Source of the DNA: Rhizophagus irregularis
Taxonomy: Eukaryota
Length of the DNA stretch: 64,000 nucleotides
Direction: 5' to 3'
Assembly: GCF_026210795.1 (NCBI RefSeq)
Contig: NC_089430.1
Span: forward strand, 4,650,001 to 4,714,000
Made by a program: the position numbers and the translations under genes. The stretch's first letter is position 1; each line of letters opens with the position of its first letter. Below are positions 26,583 to 40,758 of this stretch, in pieces. The notes under the pieces were generated by a model that saw nothing but the letters and a program-made list of their open reading frames with translations, did no database searches and was not told where the DNA came from.

Positions 26583-28829
26583 ATAGGAAGATATATTTTA
26601 TTTTGTTTCTAATCAAATAATTATAAAGATGGATCCATTTCTTAAATAAATAAAAATATCACTATGAATTTTAATTTCAATGATGGAACAAAAGGTTAAT
26701 CTTTCTGGTATTAACAATTTAAAGTCTGAGTCTGATTGATCCTTTAAAGTCCATTCCTAAAACGAAGGAAAATGATTTTTGTTTTTTTAAAAAAAAAATG
26801 GGTTAATTGGTTCTAAAAAAGAAAAGGAAATTATCCCTGAAACTTACTTTAAGAACAGTTTATTGCATCAAGTTTTATCCCAATTTTAACGTGTAATCTG
26901 GAAAGGGTTTTTCGATTTCAATCAACTAATTAATTAATTTAATTGAACCAATTTTTTATTTTTGAAGAAATAAGAACGAACACTCAAACTATTTCAAGTC
27001 CAGGAAGTCTAAAATGAGTGCGTAAAATAACAAAAAAAAATAAATATGTTCCCGAAAAAAAAAACTCTCAATAATTATTTTAAGAGGACTATTTCTAACT
27101 TCCAAGTCCAAAAGTTCATATTAAAGACCCAACAATTCTCTGAACTTGGGCTCACTCCTAGAAATTTAAGTATTCATCCTTAAATTCCGTCTCAAAAAAA
27201 AAATATTGATATCGACGTAATTAGCTTAAGACTGCCCGCATTTGATAAATGATAAGTCTTTAAAGTTTGAGTAAATCTTGATATAATAAAAATTTTTTTT
27301 CATGTTAGAACACGTAACACGAATAAATTAGGTATAAAAAAAGGAACTGTTGAATAAGCAAGCATCGTTGTTAATTGTGCTGGTGGTTTAAGAAAGTACT
27401 GTACATGATGACGAATGGTTTAATTTGCTTTTTCTGCTAATTTTAAAATAAAATTTTATTTAACTAATTAAATAATTAATTAAACAGAAAGTTCTAAAAG
27501 CTTAACGCGAGGGTATGATGAGGAAACTCTGAAAAAATATAAGCTAAAGTAATTATTCGTAAATTAATAACTTTAGCAATTAAAACTATCTTTTTTATGA
27601 AGTAATTTCTTTCTTTCTTCGTGGTTTAAACGAAAAAGTTCAATCTCACTAATTTAATCAAATAGTTTTAATCACAATAAAATTATTGAATCTGATGAGA
27701 TCTAAATAAATAAGGGATGAGATTAATTTACGAAACAAAAAGATAATTTTTAATAGATCTTGAATGTCTGAATAATTAATATAATTAATATCTATAATTA
27801 AATACCTAAGCTATATTTAACATACCTTTTTTATCACTTTGATTCTTCAATTGATCAAAGTGCTCAAACTTTCCTCACTATTCTAAATTAATAAACAAAT
27901 TTATGAATAAAAACTTAATAGTTTTTCAATAAATTTAAAATTAATCCCTGACCTCTTTTTTCTTTTTTTGTGATTAACCGATACAATCACTATCCATTAT
28001 AACACATTTCTTTACCTCTTTTGAGAAATCTACAGTATATTCAGTATATATATATTTATAAGAAAATTAATTTATATTTAATTAAAGTTTAAATATCAAA
28101 AAAATCGTCTTACCGACAACGACCATCAATAACTAAATCATATTTTGTTTATTATTTTTATGTATATAATTCTACACAACCTTTCGTGAAACTTTTTTTT
28201 CAGGGGATCAACGGTTTACCCCTTAGTTTACGCATTTGCTAACTCGACGACTAGTTCAGAACTCTATATAATGTTTCTTAATAGGAACTTAAACCTATGT
28301 AAGTATTTAAAACAAACTTTTTAAAAATATTTAGTAATTTTTAGATTTTAAAATTAAATGTAGAAAGTGTGAACAATTGTTAATTAACCGCTTAAAAAAA
28401 AAAAAAATTCTTTTCACAGTAACACAAAGTTCGGATATTGTCTTTTTCCCATTTTAACATTGTGAAGTGTGAACATTGTGTGAATCTTATACTAATTTGG
28501 TTATTTATATTGATTTTTGTATTGAAATTACTTTGATGGAAACAATTAATTTCCATATACGATTTTCTCACACGAACAGTTTATTAAATGCGATTGTGTC
28601 TCCTGTCACTTCAAAGAAACTCTCCTTGTTTGGAGTTTACACATTGTTTTGCACTAATCTAAATTAATCTATTAAGGAATCGCGCATATATACACTAAAT
28701 ATGTATATATATAGCATATTAACCGTAGCAGATGATTCTTTCAAAAAAATTTTTTTTTTTTATTTATTTTTTTGAAAGAGAAAATATTAAAAGTATTAAA
28801 ATATTCAGCTACCAGTTCTTGAATATCAA

Positions 28830-31800
28830 ATGGGTGAAGTTTCCATAGAAATTGATATTGATAAAACTTATATCGGTAAAACCGATATTGATGAATCACA
28901 TAAACCACATAACGGTAAACCTATTAATAGGATAGTTCTATCACCAGATGAAAAATACGTTGTTACTTATAGTGTGAACGATGATTCAATTGTCGGTTGG
29001 AATGGAGATATTGAAGAGGGAAAACTTAATTTAGACTACACAGTTCAAACTGTTAAAACAAGGGAAGAAATCAAACGTATATTTGTTACCGATGATAAGA
29101 AACTTTTTTTTAGTGCTCTAGATAGAGAAAGTAAGTAATAATTGTTTGATTCCATTATCTAATGCATGTGACTAATTATTTTTAATCATATTTAATTAGA
29201 ACCAATCATATTATTCGATATGGAAAATAATCAAGAAATTAAGCTACCATCTATTGCATACAGAAAGATTAGTTTCTATAAAAATAACTATTTTCAATTC
29301 ATAACACACGATATGTTGTGGACTTATACCAAGAATAAAAATAATGAATGGACATGTGAATCAATTTACTCAATACCTGATGGTAAGGAGGATGATATTG
29401 AAAATGGAATTTTTACAACTTTTTTCAGTGATATAAGAAAAGATGGTAGTATACATCTAGAATGTGGTGATTATCATTACATATGGAATACTCTTTCTGA
29501 AAGAAGTTTTAGAGTTTTCAATTTTACGAATCGTGGAAAAGGAATGGTAATAAAACATGATATTAAAATTGTTTGTTTATGAAAGTATATTCATCTTTCT
29601 CTTTCTCTCAAAATTATTAGTATGACATTTTTAAAGATTCGAGGATTAAGAATGACGAAAACTTCCTTTGTATTAGATATGGAAGATCAATATTGATTTA
29701 TTCATTGGAATTAGAAGCCGCCGTGGCTTCTTTAGATGCGTTAAATGGTATTATTTTCTTTTTTTCAAAGTTAAAAAACATAACTATCATTAATTATTAA
29801 TATTAAATTATTGTTTTATTTAGATATTGAAGTATATAAATTTTTGAAGCATACGAATTTACATTCTTTATTATTATCTACACTCGATTATGTTAGTTTC
29901 AAAGTTTTGCCAGGAATTTGGAATTCCATGATAGAACATTGCTGGAAAAAATGTATAGACCGTTTAAAAAAGAATAATCAATTACCAAAAGAATATCAAC
30001 CCCAAAGCATACCATATAAAATTCAAACTACAGACGAATACGCATATGGATTTTTAGATGGATGTGTTTGGAAGTTTAAATTAGATTTTTCAGATTTTTC
30101 ATATGATTATTCTTTAAATGATGATGATAAGGTCAATGTGAAATCGTACGATTACTTAAATATTCATTTGTTTAATAGATATATGAATAAAATACATGCG
30201 GTCTTCATGGAAGAAATATCTCCAACTTTTAATGAATCGATTAAATGGGAATTAAGTATTACTCCTGACAGTATTACTTCGAAAGTTTTCAAAAAAGTTA
30301 AAGTTAATAATGAATGGGAATGGAATTTCATTTGTACAAGAACTGATAAGCATAATTATTTTACCCTCTTTTTACAACGGATAATCTCAAGTTCATTACT
30401 TAGTAACGATGATATTGTTATATTAACATCAATGGGTCTTTTTATTTATCATTTTGATGAATATAATAAATCTATTATTTTAAATTATTTTTATCGTATG
30501 CAACTTAATGGTACGGAGGGGGAGGAGATTTTTCCGTATTATCGTGATGAATTATTTTCAAAATCTACTTTACCTATTCCAAGTTATGAGAGCTTTAAGT
30601 TAAATGATGAATGGATTTCATACTTAATTAATGATAGGTTAAGTCTTTTAAAATATGGTACAAAATTATTATCATTTGCTATTAAAGAACATAAGACGGA
30701 ATTGATCGATAATATTTACAAAAATTGTGTAACTCTTTTTAGACAAGATTTAAGAGACACCAGGAATTATTTGAATTTATTAGGTATTATCACAACTTCA
30801 ATGCCATTGTTGAATAAATGTTATCCAGATTATATTACAAGATTTTCATTAGATACAGTTATGATTATAGACTCACCTAATTATCATATAAGACATAGAA
30901 GAGCATCTTTACATCATCATGCTTTTTTTAGAAATATTCAACCAGAAAATTTTAATAGGACCATTCCATGGATTTATTATATTAACCGTTTAAGGGAATT
31001 ACGTAAAAATAGATTTTGGTATTATTTACTAAAACTTGTTAAATACTTGGTGTTAATTTTAATTTTACCCCTTTTACCCTTTTATTGTGCTTTATGTAAT
31101 TTATTATTATATTGCCATTTTGTTTGTTGCACTAAAGATGAAGATATACTCACAGTCGCTTATTTTAAAACTCGGAGAATTTTCCGTCTTTTTAGATATT
31201 ATACAAGAAGTAACTCAAATAGTCAAACAGTGCCAGAAATTACTTTTATTATTCCTTACATTAAGTTTGTTAATTATCCACAAGATTATGATTGGTATTG
31301 GGAATTAATTAAGCCTAAAACTAGTCCATTTATCGAAGTAAAAAATAGAGATATATATAAAACATGGAGTGGTGAATTAATAATTAATTTTAAATGGAAT
31401 ACTTTTGGGAAATATTATTATGCAATAATTTGGATTGTGTATATGATTTTTTTTATATGCTTTTCTGCTGCTGCATCAATTTCTCTCCCTGAAAATATTC
31501 GAAATCCACTTTTAATTATTTCAATTATACTTGGATTAGTTCATCTGAGTTTTGAAATTCGTCAACTTATTTTTAATCCTTCTCAGTGGATCCATGATTT
31601 TTGGAATTTGTTTGGTATGTATCACTTAAAATTATTTTAAAAAAGTATTTAGTTTAAATGATTTTTAAAAAATAATTGTATTTATATTAATATATATAGA
31701 TATGATTGCGTACCTTCTTCCAATTTACACTTCTATTCATTGGCTTGTATCAAATGAATTAAATGGTCAAATAATTCAATTACTTTCATTTTCCTGCCTA

Positions 31801-33025
31801 TTTTTAGATATAAAATTTTTGTTATTTTTTAGAGCATTTGAATCTTTTGGTGTATATTTTGCAATTATAGTTAGTGTTGGGAGACAAATTATGTCTTTCT
31901 TAGTAGTCTTGTTAATTATTGTAATGAGTTTTGCGCATGCATTTTTTATTCTATTGATACCAAGATCCGATTATTCATTTGAGGAACTTGCAAAGAATGA
32001 TGATCCCAATAATCCTTGGAATATATCCCCTGCTTATAATCAAGTATTTGATAATGGAACTATTGATTCTAAACCATTTATGGTTCAACCACCTAATGAA
32101 AATACAAACATGTTTATAGACTATAGAACCTCACTTTTTGCAATGTATTTATTCTTAACAGGTACTGTATATTTATTAATATATATTAGTATATTCATTT
32201 TTTTTCAAAAGAATTTAACGAACTTTTTTTTTTTTTTTATATCAAAAAAGGTGATTCAAGCTCATTGAGTAATTGGTCATACAAGAGCAATCCACCACTT
32301 GCAATATTAATCGTCTTATTCTCATTATTAATTGTTGTATACCTTATGAATTTGCTTATTGGGTTACTTAATTTTGCGATTGAAAAGGATAACAATAGAG
32401 TCTCATATTTGATGCAAAAAGTGGAGGTATAATATCATCTTTCTTTTTTTAAAAAAAAGCGTTAATTTTTGTATGTTAAAAAAAATATTTTAATATTTTT
32501 TTTCTTATCATTACAGATTCTGGCCGAAATTGAATTATTTTATTTATTACCACATCAGAGACGTTGTCAAGAATGGTTTCCTGAATTAATGTAAGTTTTT
32601 CTACTAATTTTATTATGTTTTACAAAAAAAAATATCATGCCCGTTTGAAAAAAAAAATTTTTTTTTTTTTTGCTAATACATAAATTTATCTTTAGATATT
32701 ATTTTGCAAATGTTGATAAGACTCGAGAAAAAATTAAAGAAATGATTAATAATGACGAATGGAAAACTGATTATTTTCCAGAAATGAAGCAAGAATTATT
32801 AAATAAACTCAATATTCAACATAATCCTCATAATGATAAAGTTTTCATGGATAAATTAGAAGAAATATATATAATGTAAGATATGAAATTATGATGTTTA
32901 AAAATTTTCTTTCTTTTTTTTTTTTATTTGAGTGCTAATATTATTAAACTTACTATTTATAATTAATGTCTATTAGGATTTCCAAACTTTCTAAAGAACA
33001 ATCACCTCAAGTTGAAAAAAATTGA
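28830..33025 (+). CDS. TRP-like cation channel (Glomeromycotina-expanded family), multi-exon, copy 2
   Basis: ORFs 28830, 29220, 29811, 31702 and 32670 join by introns. Contains INFKWNTFG, TM helices, DDPNNPW, FLTGD pore, S6 YLMNLLIGLLN and AEIELFYLLPHQRR. Stop TGA at 33023-33025. Confidence 0.85.
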
Positions 33026-33799
33026 TGAAATCAAAGAAGTCGAAGAGCAACCTAATCATCAAAATTATCAAAACTGAGTTAGATGATAATGAATGGAAAG
33101 TCATATTAAATGAAAATAGAAAGCATAACTTTATTTTTAACTATAAAATTGTATTCTAACGTTCAAAGTAATCAAAATTAGAATTTATTAATTTAATTAC
33201 TAATTAATATACTGTAGATTCCTATAAGTGAAATATCTGCTACATAAAATAAATAAAATAAATATGTATACATAAGAAAAAAAGTATATTAAGATTTTTG
33301 AGAATAAATTATAGAGAATATTTTATATAGCAAATTTGATGAAAAAATTTCTGAGATTGTCTTAATTTTAAAATTTTTCATTCAAAAGTTCATTCACTTT
33401 TATTTTTTAATGTATTTCAAAAACAATAATATTATTGATTTTGATTAAATACTCGTCTATCGGTTCGGTCGGTTAAGTGACTATTTTACATTTATATATT
33501 ACAGAAGATAGCGAAATCAATGATCTTTATAAAAAAGTTAAGTATTTGAAACACCATGAAATTTGAAATGTGAATAAGAGAAAGTTTCAATGTTATTTGG
33601 GTATAAAAACGCACCTATTTAGTGAGAGATTTCTTATAAGTTGATTTAAACTATAGTACTGCATAGTTTGGACTTTATATAGTTTTGTGAAACTATGTTG
33701 ACAAAACACCTAAATCACGTGATCGCTCGCTTATTGTTTGACTGTCACTGACCACGTTTATATTTATCCCGGAGACAATTTTACAATACCTTTCCGAGT

Positions 33800-34394
33800 G
33801 GAGCACCTCAATATTCCTAGGTTTAAAAAAAACAACGAAAGTACCAATCGGTACGCATCAGAATTGAATTATCAGACTTTCGCTTCAACCAAAATACGAG
33901 TAATATATGGACGACATCACTTGGACAGATACCGGCTCGCTGATGCCCCGCAAATTGGACGCTCCGGGAAAGGAAGGAAAGAGAGCGTTTTCAAGCTATA
34001 ATATCGACCGTTCCGGAATCGATGACGCTAGCAAGTTTGTGGAAGGATTCCAAACCCACCAATTCTTGTTATCAGCAGGAATGAAAAGCTTTAAGCTACT
34101 CTAAGTTGATTGGATATTTCGAAAAAGTGTGAAAATCTTCTTAGGGTGCTATATACTCCATCAATTTGGCTCGATTCTGAGTTGTCCTGGTGTCTACCAG
34201 AAAGAGCAAGAAACCGGTGAATCATCCACCGACTGACGTATCACGTAAACAAAAGAAGAATAAGAATCTAAGAAAGAGGAGACAGCTTCAAGTACCGCGA
34301 AAATTCAAACTAACAACAAAAAGGGAAAGAAGTTCAACGATCGTAAACAGAGGTATTGGCGGAAATTTTGGCGAAGTTGAAACGTTTAGTATAG
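33800..34394 (+). mobile_element. Decayed ORF, probably ORF1 of a non-LTR retrotransposon
   Basis: GC-richer island. A frameshifted reading gives ...GQIPAR*CPANWTLRERKERERFQAIISTVPESMTLASLW... and ends EVLAEILAKLKRLV*. It resembles repeat-family proteins I recall from Rhizophagus; no RT domain is visible. Confidence 0.45.
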
Positions 34395-37094
34395 TTGTAG
34401 ACTTGTAGCCGTGGTTTTTCTTTTCTTCTTATAGTAGCATTTTTTGCGCGAAATGTCCTTAGGCCAATACAATGTTTTTTTTCTTTTTCGCACCATTCTA
34501 TCTCTTACAGTATTTACAGGGGCGTTTATTTTTTAACGAAAGACCAATACGGGAATAGATATAACAATCGTGCTTTTAGTTCATACTTCATTGCAGAATT
34601 AGTTTCATTATTTTGTGCGGACTTTAAATTCCTGACGGATTTGCTAGCAATTTTCCACCTTAGTGTTCCTATCATATGGCAGGTTGGTTTATCGGTTTGT
34701 TTTTGTACTACTTTACGATTAGTTTCCATGTAGTCTGTACTGATTCCTGTTCACTTCGATAATAAAAATAAAAATAAACTTATCTCGGAGACTTTTTTTG
34801 CCTATTTATCACGCATTCTATTTGTCACAACTCGGAGAAATTCAGTGGAGGGCCGCCGTGAGTTCACAAGTATCATAACTTCGTGCACTTAATCATGTGA
34901 AATAAATGAAATTATCCAGCCAAAAACTTATTTTTTATTAATTGTATAACACTCTAGACAATGTACAACGTATCATCTATGTGACTGAATTGTCATTTAA
35001 TACTTACAAGCATGGTAGTGAATCTATGACATCACATTCAGAAACTATTTAAAAAGTTTACTTTCATTATAAGCTGAATGTAATTGTTATAGTGAAAAGT
35101 TAGTGAGGTCTTTTTTTTTTCTTATTTATATAATTTTCTTATTGTATTTACTAAACGAATTTTTATATAGTAAATCAAGTACATATATCAATGAAATATA
35201 TTTAATATACTGTAATTCGCCTATATGATCATATTATGTATGACGTAACGATTATTTGCCAGTCACGTCTATATGTCTGAAATTGATTTTTTTTGATTGG
35301 ATGTATCACGTGGTCAGGCTGACCGTTAAATTTCAGATGTTTATTTTTTGATTAACGCGTTTCGCGTTTAACCCTTACTTTCATATTTTTTTTTTATATA
35401 AAAGGATCAGTAGCGCATTTCTTTATTAACAATTTTTGTAAAGGTTAATTAAATCTATAGTATTATTAGTGTAGATTATATGAAATTTTTTGAAATACTT
35501 TAAAATTATAAAAAAAAACAATTTAAAACAAACAGTATGTCGTGTTTCTACTTCAGACAACTTCATATGGTACCAACAACCAAAGAGGGGAGAAAGTAAA
35601 GAAGCAGTGAAATTATGAACAAGTGGAGGAAGTAAAGAGTGGTGAACAAAAGATCTCGCCATCTTTTAGCCCTGAAAATCTTATTGTTGGGCTTGAAGAA
35701 CCATATATAATGATCAGGTACTATTTATCTTTAAATTTCATGCTGTTTGAGAAGGCAATTCCAGACCACCATAGCATGACAAAGATGTGAGAACTATTGT
35801 TCTTTACAGGAGGAATAATTATGTACCTTTCTCACGGGTCACGTGAGGTCTTTTGTTCTGAAGGAGGAACAATTATGAACCTCCAACATTGTGATATCTT
35901 TTAATGGATTTATTTTTATTAGGAGTTTCAATATATATATACATTTATATATATATTATCAGAGAACTGGAAGCACATCGTGGCCACAGTTACTGTGAAC
36001 GTCCTTCTCTGATTTCAGAAATTCCTAATATCACAAATAAGTTGTGTGTTTGAGTTTTGCTGCATGGATAACAGGCATCAGGGTAAGAGTACTTGGTGCA
36101 GGGCTGAAATTAGCTTTCTGTTATGGGAAAAACCTGATGAGTGTAGTGTCTAAACCTAGGCATAGGCATTATCTGCAAAGAAATTTGTTCTGTTACCATG
36201 CCAAATATTCATGTTATTTGGTTCAATAGTACTCACTTTTTTCTTTTTTTAGATTAAATAGCAATAACATTAATGGTTTCATGGACTTATATTATCAGCA
36301 TTGATAATAATCAGAGAATCATCTATCTTTCTATCAGCCACAAGAATAGTGTTATTAATGAGCAGCATTCCATCACGTCACTATACCAAAAAAAGCCACC
36401 TAATGATAAATGTAAATACTGAATATTTATTAATTTTCTTATTGTCCAGATTTATCTGTTTTAATTTATATACTAATGATTTAATTATAATATGTTCATT
36501 TTTACTAATCATAATTTTTTTAAAAAAGTTAAAAGTGGATTTATCTATAATTATATAGGCCTAGAATAAGTAATTTTTGTAGTTAGGCTTTAGTAATTAT
36601 ATAACATCAAATTTATTTGAAATTTATAAATATATGTAATTTAATGGGACAATATTTTGTATAGCGCAAAAGTTCAAAAGTGACATTTTGGCCACATGTT
36701 AACTTATATTCTGCTTACACTTTGTTTCTTACTACCCTATTTCATTATTTTAAGTCCTTTAGTAATCCTTCCGGTTCTGCAATTAAGGTTTGGTTGTTTT
36801 TCACTTTACGTTTTGTTTCTTACTCATTTTTTTATTTTTTATTTATTTTGTTTCTGTTTTATATTTCGTTTTTCACTAATTTTATTTCATTTTTTTTTAG
36901 ATATTTTAGTTCTTTCAGTTCTACAATTAATAAAGGTATGTTTTTTTATTTTATTTATTTCATTTCTATCTTATATTTCATTCCTTACTAACTTAATTTT
37001 TTTTACTTTATCTGTTATGGTTACTTGGTTTCCTATCATTACCCAACCTCCTATCATGATCATTTTTTTTTATTTTTTTGTATTACTTCTCATT

Positions 37095-37610
37095 ATTCCA
37101 CCTTTCGTCTCCCATTATTTTCTATTACAACTTTTCATTTTCTATTATCTCTTTTTCTTTCCTGTTTACTTCCCATCATTTCCTTTTGTCTCTCATCACT
37201 CCTTTTCGTCTTCCATCAACTCCTCTTCATCTTTCCATAACTTCTTTTCATCTCCCATCGCTCCTTTTCGTCTCCCATCACTACTTTTCGTCTCTTATCA
37301 CTCCTTATCGTCTCCCATCACTCCTCTTCATCTTCCCATTACTTCTTTCGTCTCCCATCGCTCCTTTTCATCTCCTATCACTAATTTTCGTTTCCATCAC
37401 TTCTTTTTGTCTCTCATCACCACTCCTTATCGTCTCCCATCACTTCTTTCGTCTTCCATCACTCCTCTTCATCTTCCCATCACTTCTTTTCATCTCCCAT
37501 CGTCTCCCATCACTCCTTTTCATCTCTCATCATGTCCTATTCCTCCTTTTTGTTTCCTATCACTTCTCATTACTCTTTTTCATTTTCTATTACTTTCCAT
37601 TACTCCATAG
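37095..37610. repeat. Degenerate 20-bp minisatellite (tctcccatcactccttttcg) within a probable TE relic
   Basis: 20-bp periodicity is directly visible, e.g. at 37251-37330. It explains the overlapping low-complexity plus-strand ORFs. Confidence 0.8.
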
Positions 37611-37967
37611 TTGTTTCATTTTTTTATTAGCATCTTTCTCCTTGATCATTGTAATTTACTTATCTTTTTTATTTATTGTTATTGTCTTTTTTATTTGTAT
37701 CGCTTCATTAAAAATAAATACGGTGATTTTTTTCTTTAAAATTGTAAAATGTGTGACTTAAATTTTAATATTTGCAAATAAAAATACATGTTTGCAAAAA
37801 TTTTTTTTAAAAAATATCTTCGCAATAAATTTTAAGTTTAACCGATCAAAAATTAGCTAAGTTAAAAAAATCACTATCAGCCGATTAAATAAATTTATTG
37901 TACATCATGTGACATATTTGAAAAAAAAACCCAGGCGATGATAGCCTAGGCGACAATCACCCATGCG

Positions 37968-38191
37968 TAGTGCTTCGATCCGGATGAAAACTTGAATATT
38001 TTCATGTGACGATTATGGCTGAGAAAGATTATGAATTTCAGATTTAAACAGACTATAATTTAAACCAACATTAAAGTATTATTATCCCAAAAATTTATAC
38101 TAATTCTGGCCAAACTCATAGTGCCAGCGAAATTTAATGAAATTCAATCCGGATGAAAATCCGGATGAAACCGCTACGGATCGAAGCACTA
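37968..38191. mobile_element. 224-bp hAT-type MITE
   Basis: Perfect 15-bp TIR TAGTGCTTCGATCCG / CGGATCGAAGCACTA, perfect 8-bp TSD CCCATGCG (37960-37967 and 38192-38199), and internal ccggatgaaa subterminal repeats. Confidence 0.85.
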
Positions 38192-39475
38192 CCCATGCGA
38201 CAATCACCCAGGCGACGGTTAGCAATCCCCATGTAAATATATACAAATTAAATATAATGACGATAATATCAATTAATTTCTATAATGTAATATTTATATT
38301 TCATGTTCAATTAGCGGCGTTAATGATTCAGCATTTTGAGAAAAAAAGCCTAATTATAAAAATTAAGGATACGACTTTATTAACATAGTTTATACGAGAC
38401 CTATTTCTTGCATTAATAATAAAATTTCTAAAAAAAAAATCAAACCTCAAAGATAGAAAACTACTTAAAATTCAAATTGCAAAATAACTTACAAGTAAAA
38501 TAGTAAATGTAAAAAAAAGGCTTCGTAACTTTGTAAATATGGTTTGGAGAAACTAATAAGTGTGAAAATATTTGAGAAAGAAGAAGTTATTCATCTAAAA
38601 AAATGGGCCATTTTTTATAGTAATTTAATTTAAACTCTTAAAAATATTAACTATGTAAAATATTAGGTAACTTGATATACTTTTGATTTATACAGTTGAC
38701 CGTGCACTCCAATGGATAATGAATGTATGTAGAAATATATTCTTCCTGAATTATATAAAATTGACCGATAGCATGCTTGGAGAATTGAGGCAGTTATTTG
38801 CGGAAACATCGCGCAAAAACGGGTGAATAATATGGTTAACGATTTAGACGAGTGAATTACCGTTAGATTTCAAATTTAGAATAGTTACGCAAAATATTTT
38901 ATGAATAGACAGTAGCTAAAGAAGAAATTAATTAATTTTGTGTGTACATTTTCTGAACATCTTAAGCGTTCACTTTGTTTAGGACGCATAAAGAAATCTA
39001 TATAAGTCGCTTAGCACGCGCTATTAATTTCTCTCGATAATAATAATAAGAGAATAAATGATAAACGGTTGTTTAAATAACGGATTTTCAAATAACCATA
39101 AATAAAGACTGATGATGAACATAATTACAAGTTTTCGATTTCAACTAAATATAATTTTGTATAATGTCGATTTCACGTCGCGTCATGTTGAAGCTTATGA
39201 AATCGAACCATAAATCCCATAAATCATCAATTTCCAAAGAAACAAATTTTGATTCAAAGTTTTATGAATTGCTAATTAACATAGATAATAATATTATTTG
39301 ATACGGACTTAACACGATTTCTTCATGGAATATTGTAATAGTTTTATTTTGTGAAAATCGAAAAGCAATTTTAATATAAATTTTTTACATTTTTAAGAAT
39401 TTATTATAGCACAACCATCATACTACAAAGTTGATATAAAAAAATATGACGAAAACTAATAATATACAAGAATAT

Positions 39476-39946
39476 TCAAACACTTAAATGAGAACCGCCG
39501 TGTAATCTACTAACAAGATGTAAAGTGTTTCCTTTTACAATTCCATAACTTGACAAGAGATTATCGTTTAAGAGATCAATACCATTAAAAATTAGCCTTT
39601 GCGTATCTACTTCCATCCCTTCCTTTTCAAAAATTAGTTCTTTAACTTTTTTAATAGTATATGTAGATCGTACTTGAAGAGTAATTTCCTTCCCTCTAAT
39701 ATTCTTAATACATATTTGAAAGCCGCCAACGACAATTCGAAGAAGTTTAATTTCTCCATTTTCTTCAATTTTATAATCGCTCACGGTTTTTTCGTTTTCA
39801 AGTCTTAGACCTCCAAGATATAATTCTTGTTCATCGACATCAGGTCCGTGAGCCTCTTTGATTTTATGTTTGACTTGTTTAATTTTATCGCAAGAATCAA
39901 CATCGATTTTAAATTTGAACCCAAAAGCTCTAATTTTGACGCGCAT
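39476..39946 (-). CDS. Divergent tandem di-ubiquitin-like protein (156 aa)
   Basis: Intronless ORF with a 75-aa Ubl ending RIVVGG, a 76-aa Ubl ending LHLVSRLHGG and a 5-aa tail SHLSV. QRLIF, SDY.I and TLHLV ubiquitin-fold motifs are present. Confidence 0.85.
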   Translation of the reverse strand: MRVKIRAFGFKFKIDVDSCDKIKQVKHKIKEAHGPDVDEQELYLGGLRLENEKTVSDYKIEENGEIKLLRIVVGGFQICIKNIRGKEITLQVRSTYTIKKVKELIFEKEGMEVDTQRLIFNGIDLLNDNLLSSYGIVKGNTLHLVSRLHGGSHLSV

Positions 39947-40061
39947 TTTTTTTTTTTAAAAAGAAATACAGAGGGGTAATCAAAATTTTATCCGACTTTT
40001 TGTAAAAATTATACATATCATGTGTTAATGTGATGTAAATAACATATGATATTTATAAATT

Positions 40062-40337
40062 TAGTGCTCCAAATTAGATTTGAAACCGGTTTCAAACCGG
40101 TCCAACCTTATATAAGCCATTCTTCTATTACTTTCCAATATCGTTATTTTGTTCTCATCCTTGTCCAATGGAGTTCTAGCTTCCCTTCCATATACTGCAT
40201 AAAATGGTTTTATTTTTGTGGACTTATGCTTTTTAGTCATATATGCAAATAATACTGAAGGTATATATCTATGGTTTCTACCAGTAAACCGATTTTATAT
40301 GAAAAACCGGAGACCGGAAACCGGTCTTGGAGCTCTA
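40062..40337. mobile_element. MITE-like insertion with TAG(T/A)GCTCCAA termini
   Basis: Inverted ends tagtgctccaa / ttggagctcta (1 mismatch) with repeated aaaccgg subterminal motifs. No clean direct TSD identified. Confidence 0.55.
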
Positions 40338-40758
40338 AATTTATAATCACAATCGATTTTTTTGTTAAAATTATAACGGATCATGTATTTGATGTAAATA
40401 ACATATGATTTATATTTATAATCACAATAAGTAAATTCCCATTCTTTCATAATTTATAAAAAACCACTTACCTAAAATTCACTACGTTTGACCGTGAAAA
40501 TATTGAAATTGTGGCTTCATCAGATATCATAATTTTTGATTGCTGCAATGGATATTCATTATATTATATACAAAAAAGAAATTAACTATAAATAATTAAA
40601 AACGGGGCGTCCAATATTTCATTCTGCGATTACAAAAATTTCTAATAAAATTACGCCATTAAAATACTCGCAAGAAAATTTAAAAAACTAGGAGACGATT
40701 TTCTCTTAAAATTTTTACAATTATTATAACGTGTATACGTTGTAATCGTTGCATTGGG

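Noticed and set aside
36680..37761. Long overlapping F/L/S-rich ORFs (304, 227 aa) resembling membrane proteins
   Set aside because: Artefact of the pyrimidine-rich strand and 20-bp minisatellite, which lacks stops in several frames.
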